24,229 nt of DNA from a virus (IMGVR_UViG_3300007094_000290:1-24229); one strand, 5' to 3'; shown: positions 9,151 through 16,912, counted from the first letter of the stretch. Numbers and translations are program-made. Notes: generated by a model not told the origin, from the sequence alone.

Positions 9151-9356
9151 TGGTCGCGCTCCCAGAACCCGCCGGCCTGCGCGATGCAGGTCAGCTTGTG
9201 ATGCTGGGCCTCTGTCAGCCGGGCGCGCGCGCCGAATGTCGCCAGCTTCAGGCGCAGGCTCTCGCAGAACTCGACCTCGAAGTCGGTGATGGCGTTCGCC
9301 GTCGCGGCGGCGAGAAGGTCGGTCCAGGGGGCGGCCTCATTGTTCAGATCGATCAT
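9147..9356 (-). CDS. small hypothetical protein
   Basis: MIDLNNE start with GAGGGG RBS; ATGA overlap with downstream gene. Confidence 0.65.
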   Translation of the reverse strand: MIDLNNEAAPWTDLLAAATANAITDFEVEFCESLRLKLATFGARARLTEAQHHKLTCIAQAGGFWERDQ

Positions 9357-9366
9357 GGCGGCCCCC

Positions 9367-9738
9367 TCAGAATGGAATCGGATCGTCATGGGCCGTGCCG
9401 GTCCGCTCCTTGCGTGCGCCCTGGGCCAACATGCTGTCGACGTAGCCGGTGACGGCCGCCTCGATCAGCCGGTCGATGTCGGCGGCGGAGCGGTTGAAGA
9501 AGGGCGCCATCAGGCCGAGGTCGGTCAGCGCTTCGGCGAACAGTACCCGGGCGTCGCGGATGGCCTGTGCCTCGCGGGCGGTCTTGTCGATCATGCCATT
9601 GTTCCTTTGGGCGATTGCGCTGCCCACTTCCTGACAGCGGAGCGAGCAGAAGCGGTGATAGGGATAGCGGTCGTGCTGGAGCCGGTGGACGTAGCCGAAG
9701 CCGCGGGCCTCCCGGGCGCAGACGGCGCAGATCGTCAC
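9367..9738 (-). CDS. DUF6511-like protein with Zn-finger (CxxC...CxxxC) and C-terminal DDPIPF
   Basis: GTG start overlaps upstream TGA; CAVC, FCSLRCQ; position between SSB-like and nuclease genes. Confidence 0.7.
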   Translation of the reverse strand: MTICAVCAREARGFGYVHRLQHDRYPYHRFCSLRCQEVGSAIAQRNNGMIDKTAREAQAIRDARVLFAEALTDLGLMAPFFNRSAADIDRLIEAAVTGYVDSMLAQGARKERTGTAHDDPIPF

Positions 9739-10055
9739 CCGAGCAAGAGCGTCGCGATCGGGTCGTCCCTTGGCCAGTCCTGCCGGTGAAGCCGTTCCGA
9801 CTGCATCACGATCCAGCGCGAGATGGCGTTCACCGCCATGGCCTCGAGGTCGCCGAGGGTAAGGCTTGCGATGGGTTGGTGTAGTCTTCCTCGGGCCTCG
9901 AGCCATTTGCCGATCTCCAGCGCGGCGGCGCGCGTCACATGCGCCTGCCATTCGTCGGGCGTCATGGGCCGGTCGCCCGGCCCAGCCCCTTCGGGCTCGG
10001 CGGTGGTGGATCGCGCCGACCCACCCGACCGCCGTTTTCGCCGCGCCTCAGCCAT
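9735..10055 (-). CDS. hypothetical protein
   Basis: C-terminal part of the 9735..10673 ORF; ATG 10055 overlaps upstream gene end (alternative start 9965, MTPDEWQ). Confidence 0.6.
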   Translation of the reverse strand: MAEARRKRRSGGSARSTTAEPEGAGPGDRPMTPDEWQAHVTRAAALEIGKWLEARGRLHQPIASLTLGDLEAMAVNAISRWIVMQSERLHRQDWPRDDPIATLLLG

Positions 10056-10833
10056 TGAGCCAGGCGGGCATGGCAGGGGTGCCCGGCGCGGCGGGTGCCG
10101 GGGCCTGCGGCGCGGGCCCAGCTGTCGAGGCGTTCTGCGCGCCCCACGCGGGCGCCGGTGCCGCCGCGGGCTGCGGTGTCGCGCTCCAGTTCGGCGCTGC
10201 AGGCGACGGTTGCGCCGCGCCCCAGGCCAGTGCCGGGGCCTGCCAGCCCGGCGCCGCGACGATCGCGGCCTTGCGCGGCGGGGCGTTGACCGGATCGGGC
10301 GGGACGGTTTCGCCACGCATGATCGCGGCATGCTGCGGCTCGTCGGGCAGAACGACGTTGGCGATGCGGTTCTGGTCGCGGTACTGCGGGTTGGAGGCGG
10401 GCTCCACCATGATGCGGGCGGCAAAGACAATGCCCTCCAGATGCCGCAGGCCGGGCAGAACCCGCTTGGCCTTGGCGGCGGGGCTTTCGTCCCTGGGATC
10501 AAGGCCAAGGGCGCTGTCCACGATGGCGCGAAAAGTGGACTTCGAGATCTTCCAGCCGATGGACTGGCCCTTCTCGTCCAGCTTGCCGCCCGCCACGGTG
10601 AAGCTCTGCCAGAACTTGCGGCGGGCGTGGGGGCCGTCGACCACGGTGAATTCGCAGTCGAGCATGCGGGCATCGCTGGACTGCGAAGCCTTCAGCAGCC
10701 CCGCATCCGCCGGGGTCGCGCCGTTCACGCCACCGGGGCGAATGGTCAGCCGCACCTTGGCGAAGGTGCCGTCCGGGATCAGTTCGCCGATGGGGGCCAT
10801 CTGCGGCTGGGCATCGTTCAGATCGTAGCTCAT
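10048..10833 (-). CDS. Putative phage ssDNA-binding protein (DUF669-like) with Pro/Ala-rich tail
   Basis: LIPDGT, LDCEFTVVDGPHARRKFW core; low-complexity tail ending PAWLNG; directly downstream of Sak4-like ATPase; AAAGGA RBS. Confidence 0.65.
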   Translation of the reverse strand: MSYDLNDAQPQMAPIGELIPDGTFAKVRLTIRPGGVNGATPADAGLLKASQSSDARMLDCEFTVVDGPHARRKFWQSFTVAGGKLDEKGQSIGWKISKSTFRAIVDSALGLDPRDESPAAKAKRVLPGLRHLEGIVFAARIMVEPASNPQYRDQNRIANVVLPDEPQHAAIMRGETVPPDPVNAPPRKAAIVAAPGWQAPALAWGAAQPSPAAPNWSATPQPAAAPAPAWGAQNASTAGPAPQAPAPAAPGTPAMPAWLNG

Positions 10834-10852
10834 GGTTATGTCCTTTCAGGGA

Positions 10853-11710
10853 TCAGGAGGCGAAAGCGGGGTGATGGGGGGCGTGGCCGTCGATCCGGGC
10901 GAGCAGCGCACCAAGGTCGGGCGGTTCGGTCAGGTCGAGGCGGCCGGAACGGTCCTTGGCGGGAAGGCCCCAAGGGTTGCCCGACTTGCAGACGAGGCGG
11001 CGGTCGGTGGCGGTCTCGTCCAGCACCCAGCCACCCTCGGCATCGCGGGCGAAGAGGTGCATCGAGACGACCTGGTCCACGATGCCCGGCAACTCCCGCC
11101 CGGCCTTGCTGCCTTCCATCTGCGGTTGCCAGGTGACGGTGCCGAAGTCGTCGGTCACCTTTTCCAGCACGCCGACGAAGATCACGGTCTTGCCGCGCGC
11201 ATGCTGGAGGTGCTTCAGCGCCTGGATCACCTCGCGCCCCAGAAGCCCGTAAGCGCCTCGGACATCAGGCTTGCCGGTCCGGTCCGAGAAGGCCTCGGGC
11301 TGTTGGCGGGCATAGGCCATCGCCTGCCGCGTCAGATCGGTGATCGAGTCGACGAAGACGATGCGACGCGCGGCGAGGAAGGCCTCGATGCCGCTGTCGC
11401 GGTGCTGGGCCTGCAGCCACGCATGGCGTTCGGTCCCGTACCAGGACTGCGGATGTTGCGCGGGATCCGGCCCGCCGATCAGCACCGCCAGATCGCGGAA
11501 ATCGGTGAAGCTGCGCACCGGGATCGACGCGCCGCGCCAGTCCTGCACCGACTTCATCCCGGCCTCGAGGTCGAGGCAGACGGTTTCCTCGGCAGGCAGG
11601 GACTTCAGAAGCGTGGTCTTGCCCACGCCGGGCGGGCCGAAAATGGCGAGCGAGGTCTTGTTCTCGGCGGCCGAAAGGCGTTCGTCGGCGGTGATGATGC
11701 GGAAGGCCAT
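10853..11710 (-). CDS. AAA_24 / Sak4-like ATPase (putative ssDNA annealing recombinase)
   Basis: GPPGVGKT, LDLEAG, VFVDSIT, AKDRSGRL; ATG 11710 with GGAG RBS. Confidence 0.8.
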   Translation of the reverse strand: MAFRIITADERLSAAENKTSLAIFGPPGVGKTTLLKSLPAEETVCLDLEAGMKSVQDWRGASIPVRSFTDFRDLAVLIGGPDPAQHPQSWYGTERHAWLQAQHRDSGIEAFLAARRIVFVDSITDLTRQAMAYARQQPEAFSDRTGKPDVRGAYGLLGREVIQALKHLQHARGKTVIFVGVLEKVTDDFGTVTWQPQMEGSKAGRELPGIVDQVVSMHLFARDAEGGWVLDETATDRRLVCKSGNPWGLPAKDRSGRLDLTEPPDLGALLARIDGHAPHHPAFAS

Positions 11711-11810
11711 GGGGTTCTCCGAAGGAATGAAAGGGCGCGGCGGCGGGGGTGACCGGGTGCCGAAGGGGAACCTGCCCGGCGTTGCCGCTCGGGCGTCCCG
11801 CCGCCGCGCG

Positions 11811-12329
11811 TCACCGGTCTCGGTTCTCGAGCCGGAACACGGGTTTGCCGTTGGTCTCGGACCGGGCGGCGGCGAAGCCCTCGCGCATGGCGTCGGGCCA
11901 GGCCCCGAAGCGGCGTTCCGGCACGCGATAGGCAATCTCGAGATACTGGGTCGGATCGTCGCCTGCCTCGTGGATCCGGGTGGCCATCGCGGCCAGCTGC
12001 TCCTGATCCCAGGTGACCTTCTTCGGCAGATCGGCGATCACCACCACGCCCGCATCCTCGATCCGGACGGTGCCGGAGGTCTTGCCTTGGGCGGAACGCT
12101 CGGCCTCGGTCGCCGCGCTGTACCGCTGCGCCAGTGCCGCCTCGAAACGGTCCTTCAGGCGCTTGACCCGGGCGGTCTCGGCCGCTGCTTCGTCCTGCAA
12201 TGCCAACAGCAGGTCTGCCGGCATGTCGGCGATTTCGCCGATGGACAGCCGGTCGAGATCCTCGAACTTCGGCACGTTGTCGAGGCGGGCCTCTGTCGGC
12301 GCGTCGGTGCTTGGGAACGGCATGTCCAT
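11811..12329 (-). CDS. hypothetical phage protein
   Basis: In-operon ORF, TGATG coupling, helical/coiled-coil N-terminal half. Confidence 0.7.
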   Translation of the reverse strand: MDMPFPSTDAPTEARLDNVPKFEDLDRLSIGEIADMPADLLLALQDEAAAETARVKRLKDRFEAALAQRYSAATEAERSAQGKTSGTVRIEDAGVVVIADLPKKVTWDQEQLAAMATRIHEAGDDPTQYLEIAYRVPERRFGAWPDAMREGFAAARSETNGKPVFRLENRDR

Positions 12330-12721
12330 CAGCGCCCCTCCCGCTTCAGGGCCGCATCCACGGCGCGGTCCGTGCCGACAGCCCCGGCTTCGCGAGCCAG
12401 ACGGTGGAGCTTTTCCAGCGCCGAGGATCGCTGGATGGCCGCAGAGAGTTCGGCATTCGCGGCGACGATCGCAATGGCGATATCGTCGACACTCGCGGTC
12501 TCGACGGGCAGCGGTTCGGAAGCATCGCCGGGACGCCAGGCGGCGGGGATCACCTCCGGCAGATCCTCAAGGCTGCGGAAAGCCTTGCGCAGGCGCGCAA
12601 GCGGGCCGTTGGTCTCGGTCATGTCGTGGTCTCCGTTGGGGGATGGGGCCGAATTTCCGGCCAGAAGGAAGTAGAGGGACGGCGGAAGCCGATCCCCGAT
12701 CCAGGCAAGCGTGGCGCGCAT
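12329..12721 (-). CDS. hypothetical protein
   Basis: TGATG overlap at both ends. Confidence 0.6.
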   Translation of the reverse strand: MRATLAWIGDRLPPSLYFLLAGNSAPSPNGDHDMTETNGPLARLRKAFRSLEDLPEVIPAAWRPGDASEPLPVETASVDDIAIAIVAANAELSAAIQRSSALEKLHRLAREAGAVGTDRAVDAALKREGR

Positions 12722-13077
12722 CAGGCGGCCTCCTCTGTCGCGATGAGTTGGGAAAGCGGGATCGGCGCATGGCGCGGTTTGGTCCGCGCGATGGCCAGAT
12801 AGGCAAAGCGGTCTGGGCCGACCCGGACCTGTACCAGATGCACCAGCGCGGCCTCGAAGGCGCGGTGGGCGGCACTGGCCAGCGCCCCCAGCCTGCGGCG
12901 ATCCGGCTCCGGAAGGGTCGAAATCACCGCCGTGGCATCGATGCCGAGGAACCCGCGATGATACTCGAGGCGGTCGCCCGGCATGGCCTGACCGATCCAG
13001 GCGCAGAACTCGATGTCGGTGAGCGGCCGGGGCTTGGCCGGGATGAAGGCGGTGGGGTGCATGACGAACATCTCCAT
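12721..13077 (-). CDS. hypothetical phage protein, first gene of the replication operon
   Basis: FCAWIGQAMPGDRLEYHRGFL; true start may be ATG 13062 (GGAG 9 nt upstream). Confidence 0.7.
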   Translation of the reverse strand: MEMFVMHPTAFIPAKPRPLTDIEFCAWIGQAMPGDRLEYHRGFLGIDATAVISTLPEPDRRRLGALASAAHRAFEAALVHLVQVRVGPDRFAYLAIARTKPRHAPIPLSQLIATEEAA

Positions 13078-13083
13078 GTCGGT

Positions 13084-13114
13084 CCTCTACTCACGCCGCC
13101 CTGGAACCGTCCCA
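13084..13114 (-). promoter_or_regulatory. Putative ECF-type promoter, copy 1 (replication operon)
   Basis: TGGGACGGTTCCAGGGCGGCGTGAGTAGAGG; 24/31 identical to 16198-16228 with both 10-bp ends identical. Confidence 0.6.
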
Positions 13115-13684
13115 TTCCGCCCCGAACCCGCGCATCGCGAGGTCGAGCCGAAGGCGGGCGATGTGGCGGTAGAGGGCGGAACGGGAGATGCCGGTGCGGC
13201 TGACGATTTCGGGAACGGCGCAGCTGCCAAGTGCCGCGCAGAGGCCACGCATGTCGTCAGGCAGACCGCCCAGCGCCCGGGCGAGATCGTGATGGGTCTC
13301 GGCGTTGTCCTCGGCAGAGCGGTCCTGACCATGCCAGGCGGCCAGACCGTCAGCCTCCGCCAGCATACAACCCAGCGGCTCGGTGCCGCTGGAAACGGGC
13401 GCATCCAGCGACAGAACCGTCCCACCCTGTGCGCGGCGCTGGCGGTGATGACGGATGGCGATGCGCGAGGACTGGTTGCGAAGGACGATGTTGGCGAAAG
13501 CGCCGATGGTGCCACGGCGGGCGTCGAAACCCGGCAACCGGCAGATCAGGTCGACCAGCAAGTCCTGGCGGAGATCGTCGAGATCGGCGGCAGGCAGCAC
13601 CAGCTTGCGATGCAGGCGGCGCGCGGCAATGGCCGCTTCGTCGATCAGTGTGGCAAGGTCGGCGGGGGAAATGGGTGGGAGCAT
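13091..13684 (-). CDS. ECF-like sigma-70 family factor
   Basis: Region 2-like DLDDLRQDLLVDL...FDARRGTIGAFANIVLRN; SLDAP; region 4-like DLARALGGLP...EIVSRTGISRSALYRHIARLR. Confidence 0.8.
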   Translation of the reverse strand: MLPPISPADLATLIDEAAIAARRLHRKLVLPAADLDDLRQDLLVDLICRLPGFDARRGTIGAFANIVLRNQSSRIAIRHHRQRRAQGGTVLSLDAPVSSGTEPLGCMLAEADGLAAWHGQDRSAEDNAETHHDLARALGGLPDDMRGLCAALGSCAVPEIVSRTGISRSALYRHIARLRLDLAMRGFGAEWDGSRAA

Positions 13685-13745
13685 CTGTTTCGATCCTGGT
13701 CGTTTGCGTTGACCAGTCGAATATGCAACCTGCTGAAATTACATA

Positions 13746-13789
13746 TCTCTCGGGCTTCTCCCGGAAATCTCCCGAAAACCTCCCGGTAC
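13746..13789. promoter_or_regulatory. Four direct repeats YCTCYCG with exact 11-bp period, putative winged-helix activator site
   Basis: TCTCTCG 13746, TCTCCCG 13757, TCTCCCG 13768, CCTCCCG 13779; followed on the - strand by AT-rich TATGTAATTT and the sigma gene. Confidence 0.6.
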
Positions 13790-13801
13790 CGGCGAACGGG
13801 T

Positions 13802-14797
13802 CTAGGCGGTGAAGGCGATGTCAGATGGGGATAGAGTGAAGCGTGCGCCGACCTTGGACTTGCGATCAATAAACCCGTTGCGCGGGACCGAACTAAGCTG
13901 CGGATTCTTTCTGAAGGCATCACGCACGCGGTTGATGCAGCGATCAACCTGTTCGGGATTGCTCTCCCGCCCCGTACTCGCCTGTATCGCCGCGGCCAGA
14001 CTTTCCTTCGAGACCCACCCACCGGCGGCCAAGGCCTCCTCCCCAAGCAAGACGACGGCGTCGAAGTCACGAGGCTCTATGTCGATCTCGACGCCATCGA
14101 AGATTGCGCGCCGACCGATGCGGTCGACCTGAAGCCGCGCATCTGACGCTTGCTTTCCTGCGGCCAGGCGAATCCGGCCGAAATCAAGTGCAAGCGGACG
14201 AACTGGATCGTCGCGCAGCAAATCTTCGGCGTGGGACACTGTCATGCGAAGGCGATCCAGCTGACGCCTGACCACAGTCGGCAGCTCGCTGCTCCCGAGA
14301 CTGACGAGGGCGACCGAAGTCTCGGTGTCGATCGCGCCTCGCACATGGTCCAGAATTTCTTGCGCTGTTTCCTCTCGCAGTCGCCGCACGAGGCAGATTT
14401 CAGCAGCACGACCATGCTGTTGATAGCGACCGAGCCTCCATATCCTGGAGGAGATCGCTGTCGGGCCCGGCCCGTTCAGCCCGGACTGCTCGCGGATCGC
14501 TCGGCACAGGGCGGCGACGTCGATTTCGAAAGTCTGGATGTCCAGCGCATCGTCGTGCCGTTCGCACTCGCCAGTCTCCGGATCGACTACGATCAGGGAT
14601 CCGTCGATGACCCCGAACACCGAGCCGCCATCGTCGGGCAGATCTACTCGGGGCACCAGAATTCCCAAGTTCCGCAGCGATCGGCGGACGCGAGGATCAT
14701 AGGGCTCCAGCTCCGCCGCGCCGATGGCACGGACCGGATGGCGATCACTCTGCCGCAGCAGCAGCCTGATCAGTTCTGCGGCGTTTGCGAATGTCAT
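13802..14797 (-). CDS. Putative transcriptional regulator with C-terminal OmpR/PhoB-like winged helix
   Basis: LQVDRIGRRAIFDGVEIDIEPRDFDAVVLL...WVSKESL...VDRCINRVRDAF...FIDRKSKVGARF follows the Trans_reg_C pattern; N-terminus is not a receiver domain; start uncertain. Confidence 0.65.
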   Translation of the reverse strand: MTFANAAELIRLLLRQSDRHPVRAIGAAELEPYDPRVRRSLRNLGILVPRVDLPDDGGSVFGVIDGSLIVVDPETGECERHDDALDIQTFEIDVAALCRAIREQSGLNGPGPTAISSRIWRLGRYQQHGRAAEICLVRRLREETAQEILDHVRGAIDTETSVALVSLGSSELPTVVRRQLDRLRMTVSHAEDLLRDDPVRPLALDFGRIRLAAGKQASDARLQVDRIGRRAIFDGVEIDIEPRDFDAVVLLGEEALAAGGWVSKESLAAAIQASTGRESNPEQVDRCINRVRDAFRKNPQLSSVPRNGFIDRKSKVGARFTLSPSDIAFTA

Positions 14798-15983
14798 TGT
14801 CTTCGAGCATTTCAAGGATGAGCCGTTCGTGCGAATGGTCGCGCATGCTGACGGTGCGTGGCGGCCGGATCGTGACCGGAACCACGGTCTCGGTGCCGTC
14901 AACCTCGATGGTCACATCGATCTTGGCATGCACAATCCGGACGTCGTCGATCTCGATCTCCGGCGCGACGACCTTCAGGCGTTTCAGCGCGTTATCTGTG
15001 TCGCCGAGCGTCAGGAACCATGGTGAACGCTTCAGCCTCCCAGTCTTGGTGATCTGCGCCTCATCGACGCGAACCTCGCGCAAGGAGACGTGGGTGATGT
15101 CTCCACTGTCGTCGAGGTGGAACTTGAACGATGCGCCCTGCCGCTGAAGCGGCTCGAGCGTGTAAAGCTGTTCCTTCGCAGACGCCTCGAAGATTTCCTT
15201 GTCCCCGAGGATGTGCTCGCCAAAGAGCTTCACCAGCGTCTTGGCATCGGTTGCCGACTTCGAGCCGACGGCGATAGAACCCTGCCTCGGATCGAATTCG
15301 ATGGTCGACTGGACGATTTCCCGAAACTTCAGGGTGTCTTCTGCGCCCCCCTGGTCGACGTTCTTCGTCTCAGGTTTGGAGCCATGCAGGATCAGAATAC
15401 GAAGCAGATCCTCATCCTCGAACCACCGAACATCGCAGTAGCGGCCATTGTAACGTCCCAAGAAATGCGTCCGAACGGCTTCGGCAAAGGCGTCCTGCAC
15501 CCCCTGTTCATGGTGCCTCGGTTCGACATCTTCCCGGTCAGCGTCGCGCTCGAGTTTGGTCGTATGCGTGAGGAATGCAGCCGCGCTCAGCGCCTTGTCA
15601 AAAACAACCCGATGATCCAGCCATGTGGCCAAGGCCATGAATCGCGGGGTAAAGCGCAGGTCGTCAGGCGCACCGTCGATGCGGTGGGCAGCCAGAACGT
15701 CTACCCCCATTTCAGTCGCGATCTCCTGGATGAACCGGGCGCCCGCATCCGTGGACAGCGTGGAAATGTTATAGAGGGCGAACTGAAGCGGTGCCGGAAA
15801 CCTCAAGTCGGCCTTGGCAAACAGATTGAAAATCGCCTCGCGCCGTTTGGCATCGTCAGTGGGCAACGTATCCCAGTCCAACCCGATCTGTCCGAGATAG
15901 GGGCTGAGAAGACGATGCAGCATTTGTAGATCGACGGTCCGAGAAAACGCCCGATCGATGAAGTTGCGGATCCTTTTCGCCAT
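14745..15983 (-). CDS. hypothetical protein (412 aa)
   Basis: ATG 15983 with GAGGAG RBS; long globular-looking ORF overlapping the regulator gene. Confidence 0.75.
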   Translation of the reverse strand: MAKRIRNFIDRAFSRTVDLQMLHRLLSPYLGQIGLDWDTLPTDDAKRREAIFNLFAKADLRFPAPLQFALYNISTLSTDAGARFIQEIATEMGVDVLAAHRIDGAPDDLRFTPRFMALATWLDHRVVFDKALSAAAFLTHTTKLERDADREDVEPRHHEQGVQDAFAEAVRTHFLGRYNGRYCDVRWFEDEDLLRILILHGSKPETKNVDQGGAEDTLKFREIVQSTIEFDPRQGSIAVGSKSATDAKTLVKLFGEHILGDKEIFEASAKEQLYTLEPLQRQGASFKFHLDDSGDITHVSLREVRVDEAQITKTGRLKRSPWFLTLGDTDNALKRLKVVAPEIEIDDVRIVHAKIDVTIEVDGTETVVPVTIRPPRTVSMRDHSHERLILEMLEDNDIRKRRRTDQAAAAAE

Positions 15984-16120
15984 ATGCTCTCCTCGTGACG
16001 CCAACTGTTCCGATCGCGGGCTCACTCAGCCACCCGCAGGCCGCATTGGCCGCACTAGAAGCACAAGCGCCCTAATTGGCACATCGAATGCTCGTATCTT
16101 GGCGGCAAGGATTGATTGAA

Positions 16121-16135
16121 GTTCTGATTATGTTC
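16121..16135. promoter_or_regulatory. Alphaproteobacterial LexA (SOS) box
   Basis: GTTC-TGATTAT-GTTC = GTTC-N7-GTTC in the divergent intergenic region; -35-like TTGCCA on the - strand at 16150-16145. Confidence 0.65.
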
Positions 16136-16197
16136 TACCTGATCTGGCAACCTCGAGTCGAGTCCGAGTTGCTGACTTCGCGCTGTCTTGACTGCCT

Positions 16198-16228
16198 TGG
16201 GACGGTTTCACCGCCAGATGAGTAGAGG
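16198..16228 (+). promoter_or_regulatory. Putative ECF-type promoter, copy 2 (recombinase operon)
   Basis: TGGGACGGTTTCACCGCCAGATGAGTAGAGG, ending 28 nt before ATG 16257. Confidence 0.6.
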
Positions 16229-16256
16229 CAGAGCAAGCCAACCTGGACTTGCCCGC

Positions 16257-16460
16257 ATGAAACGCCCCAACCCGCTGCCACCCGACCAGATGACCGCTGC
16301 CGAGCGTCGAGCAGAGTTGTGCGCTTTGCTAGCGCTCGGGCTGGTCCGGCATATGCAGCACAAGCGGGGCGAACCTTCTGACGAAACTGGAGAAATTCGC
16401 CTACACTATCCGGACGACCAATGCCGTCATGCAACCCCGAACCCAACGGAGACCGCATGA
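16257..16460 (+). CDS. small hypothetical protein leading the recombinase operon
   Basis: MKRPNPLPPDQMTAAERRAELCALLALGLVR; ATGA overlap with DUF2924 gene. Confidence 0.6.
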   Translation: MKRPNPLPPDQMTAAERRAELCALLALGLVRHMQHKRGEPSDETGEIRLHYPDDQCRHATPNPTETA

Positions 16461-16912
16461 CGACGCTCGACCCCATCCCCGCGCGCCTGGCCGCGCTAAA
16501 GACCACGCCGACACCCGAACTGAAGAAGCAGTGGCGCGATCTGTTCGACAGCGAGCCACCGCCCTTCAACCGGCGCTACCTTGAATCCCGCTTGGCCTAC
16601 CGCATCCAGGAACTCGCCTATGGCGGGCTGAAGCCGGAGACGATCCGGCGGCTGGAACGGCTGGGCGAGGAACTGGATGGCGGCGACAGGAAGAAGCGCG
16701 GCATCCGCGCCGACCGCGACCGCCCGATCACGGGGACGCGGCTCCTGCGCGAATGGCAGGGTGTCGAGTATGTCGTCACCGTTACCGCCGATGGCTTCGA
16801 GTGGCAGGGACGTCCCTACAAGTCGCTGTCTGCCATCGCCCGCGCCATCACCGGCACCCGCTGGAACGGCTGGTTGTTCTTCGGCCTCAAGAACCACAGG
16901 GGGCGGAAATGA
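16457..16912 (+). CDS. DUF2924 domain protein
   Basis: LAYRIQELAYGGL, GTRLLREWQG, YKSLSAIARAITGTRWNG; GGAG RBS; ATGA overlaps at both ends. Confidence 0.85.
   Translation: MTTLDPIPARLAALKTTPTPELKKQWRDLFDSEPPPFNRRYLESRLAYRIQELAYGGLKPETIRRLERLGEELDGGDRKKRGIRADRDRPITGTRLLREWQGVEYVVTVTADGFEWQGRPYKSLSAIARAITGTRWNGWLFFGLKNHRGRK

Noticed and set aside
10048-10260. Repetitive GC-rich stretch
   Set aside because: Explained by the Pro/Ala/Trp-rich disordered tail of the SSB-like protein.
12647-12677. Possible third copy of the 31-bp motif (AGTAGAGG at 12670-12677, + strand)
   Set aside because: Upstream TGGGACGGTT block is missing at the correct spacing, and the site is antisense within a CDS.
4704-14070. 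Many long + strand and alternate-frame ORFs (e.g. 4704..6152, 6651..7769, 9823..11136, 11340..12674, 12013..13203)
   Set aside because: Shadow ORFs of GC-rich genes with clear motifs on the - strand; Arg/Gly/Ala-rich with no recognisable domains.
16147-16172. Imperfect inverted repeat GCAACCTCG/CGAGTTGC next to the LexA box
   Set aside because: Short, bulged and single-copy; not enough evidence to call an operator.
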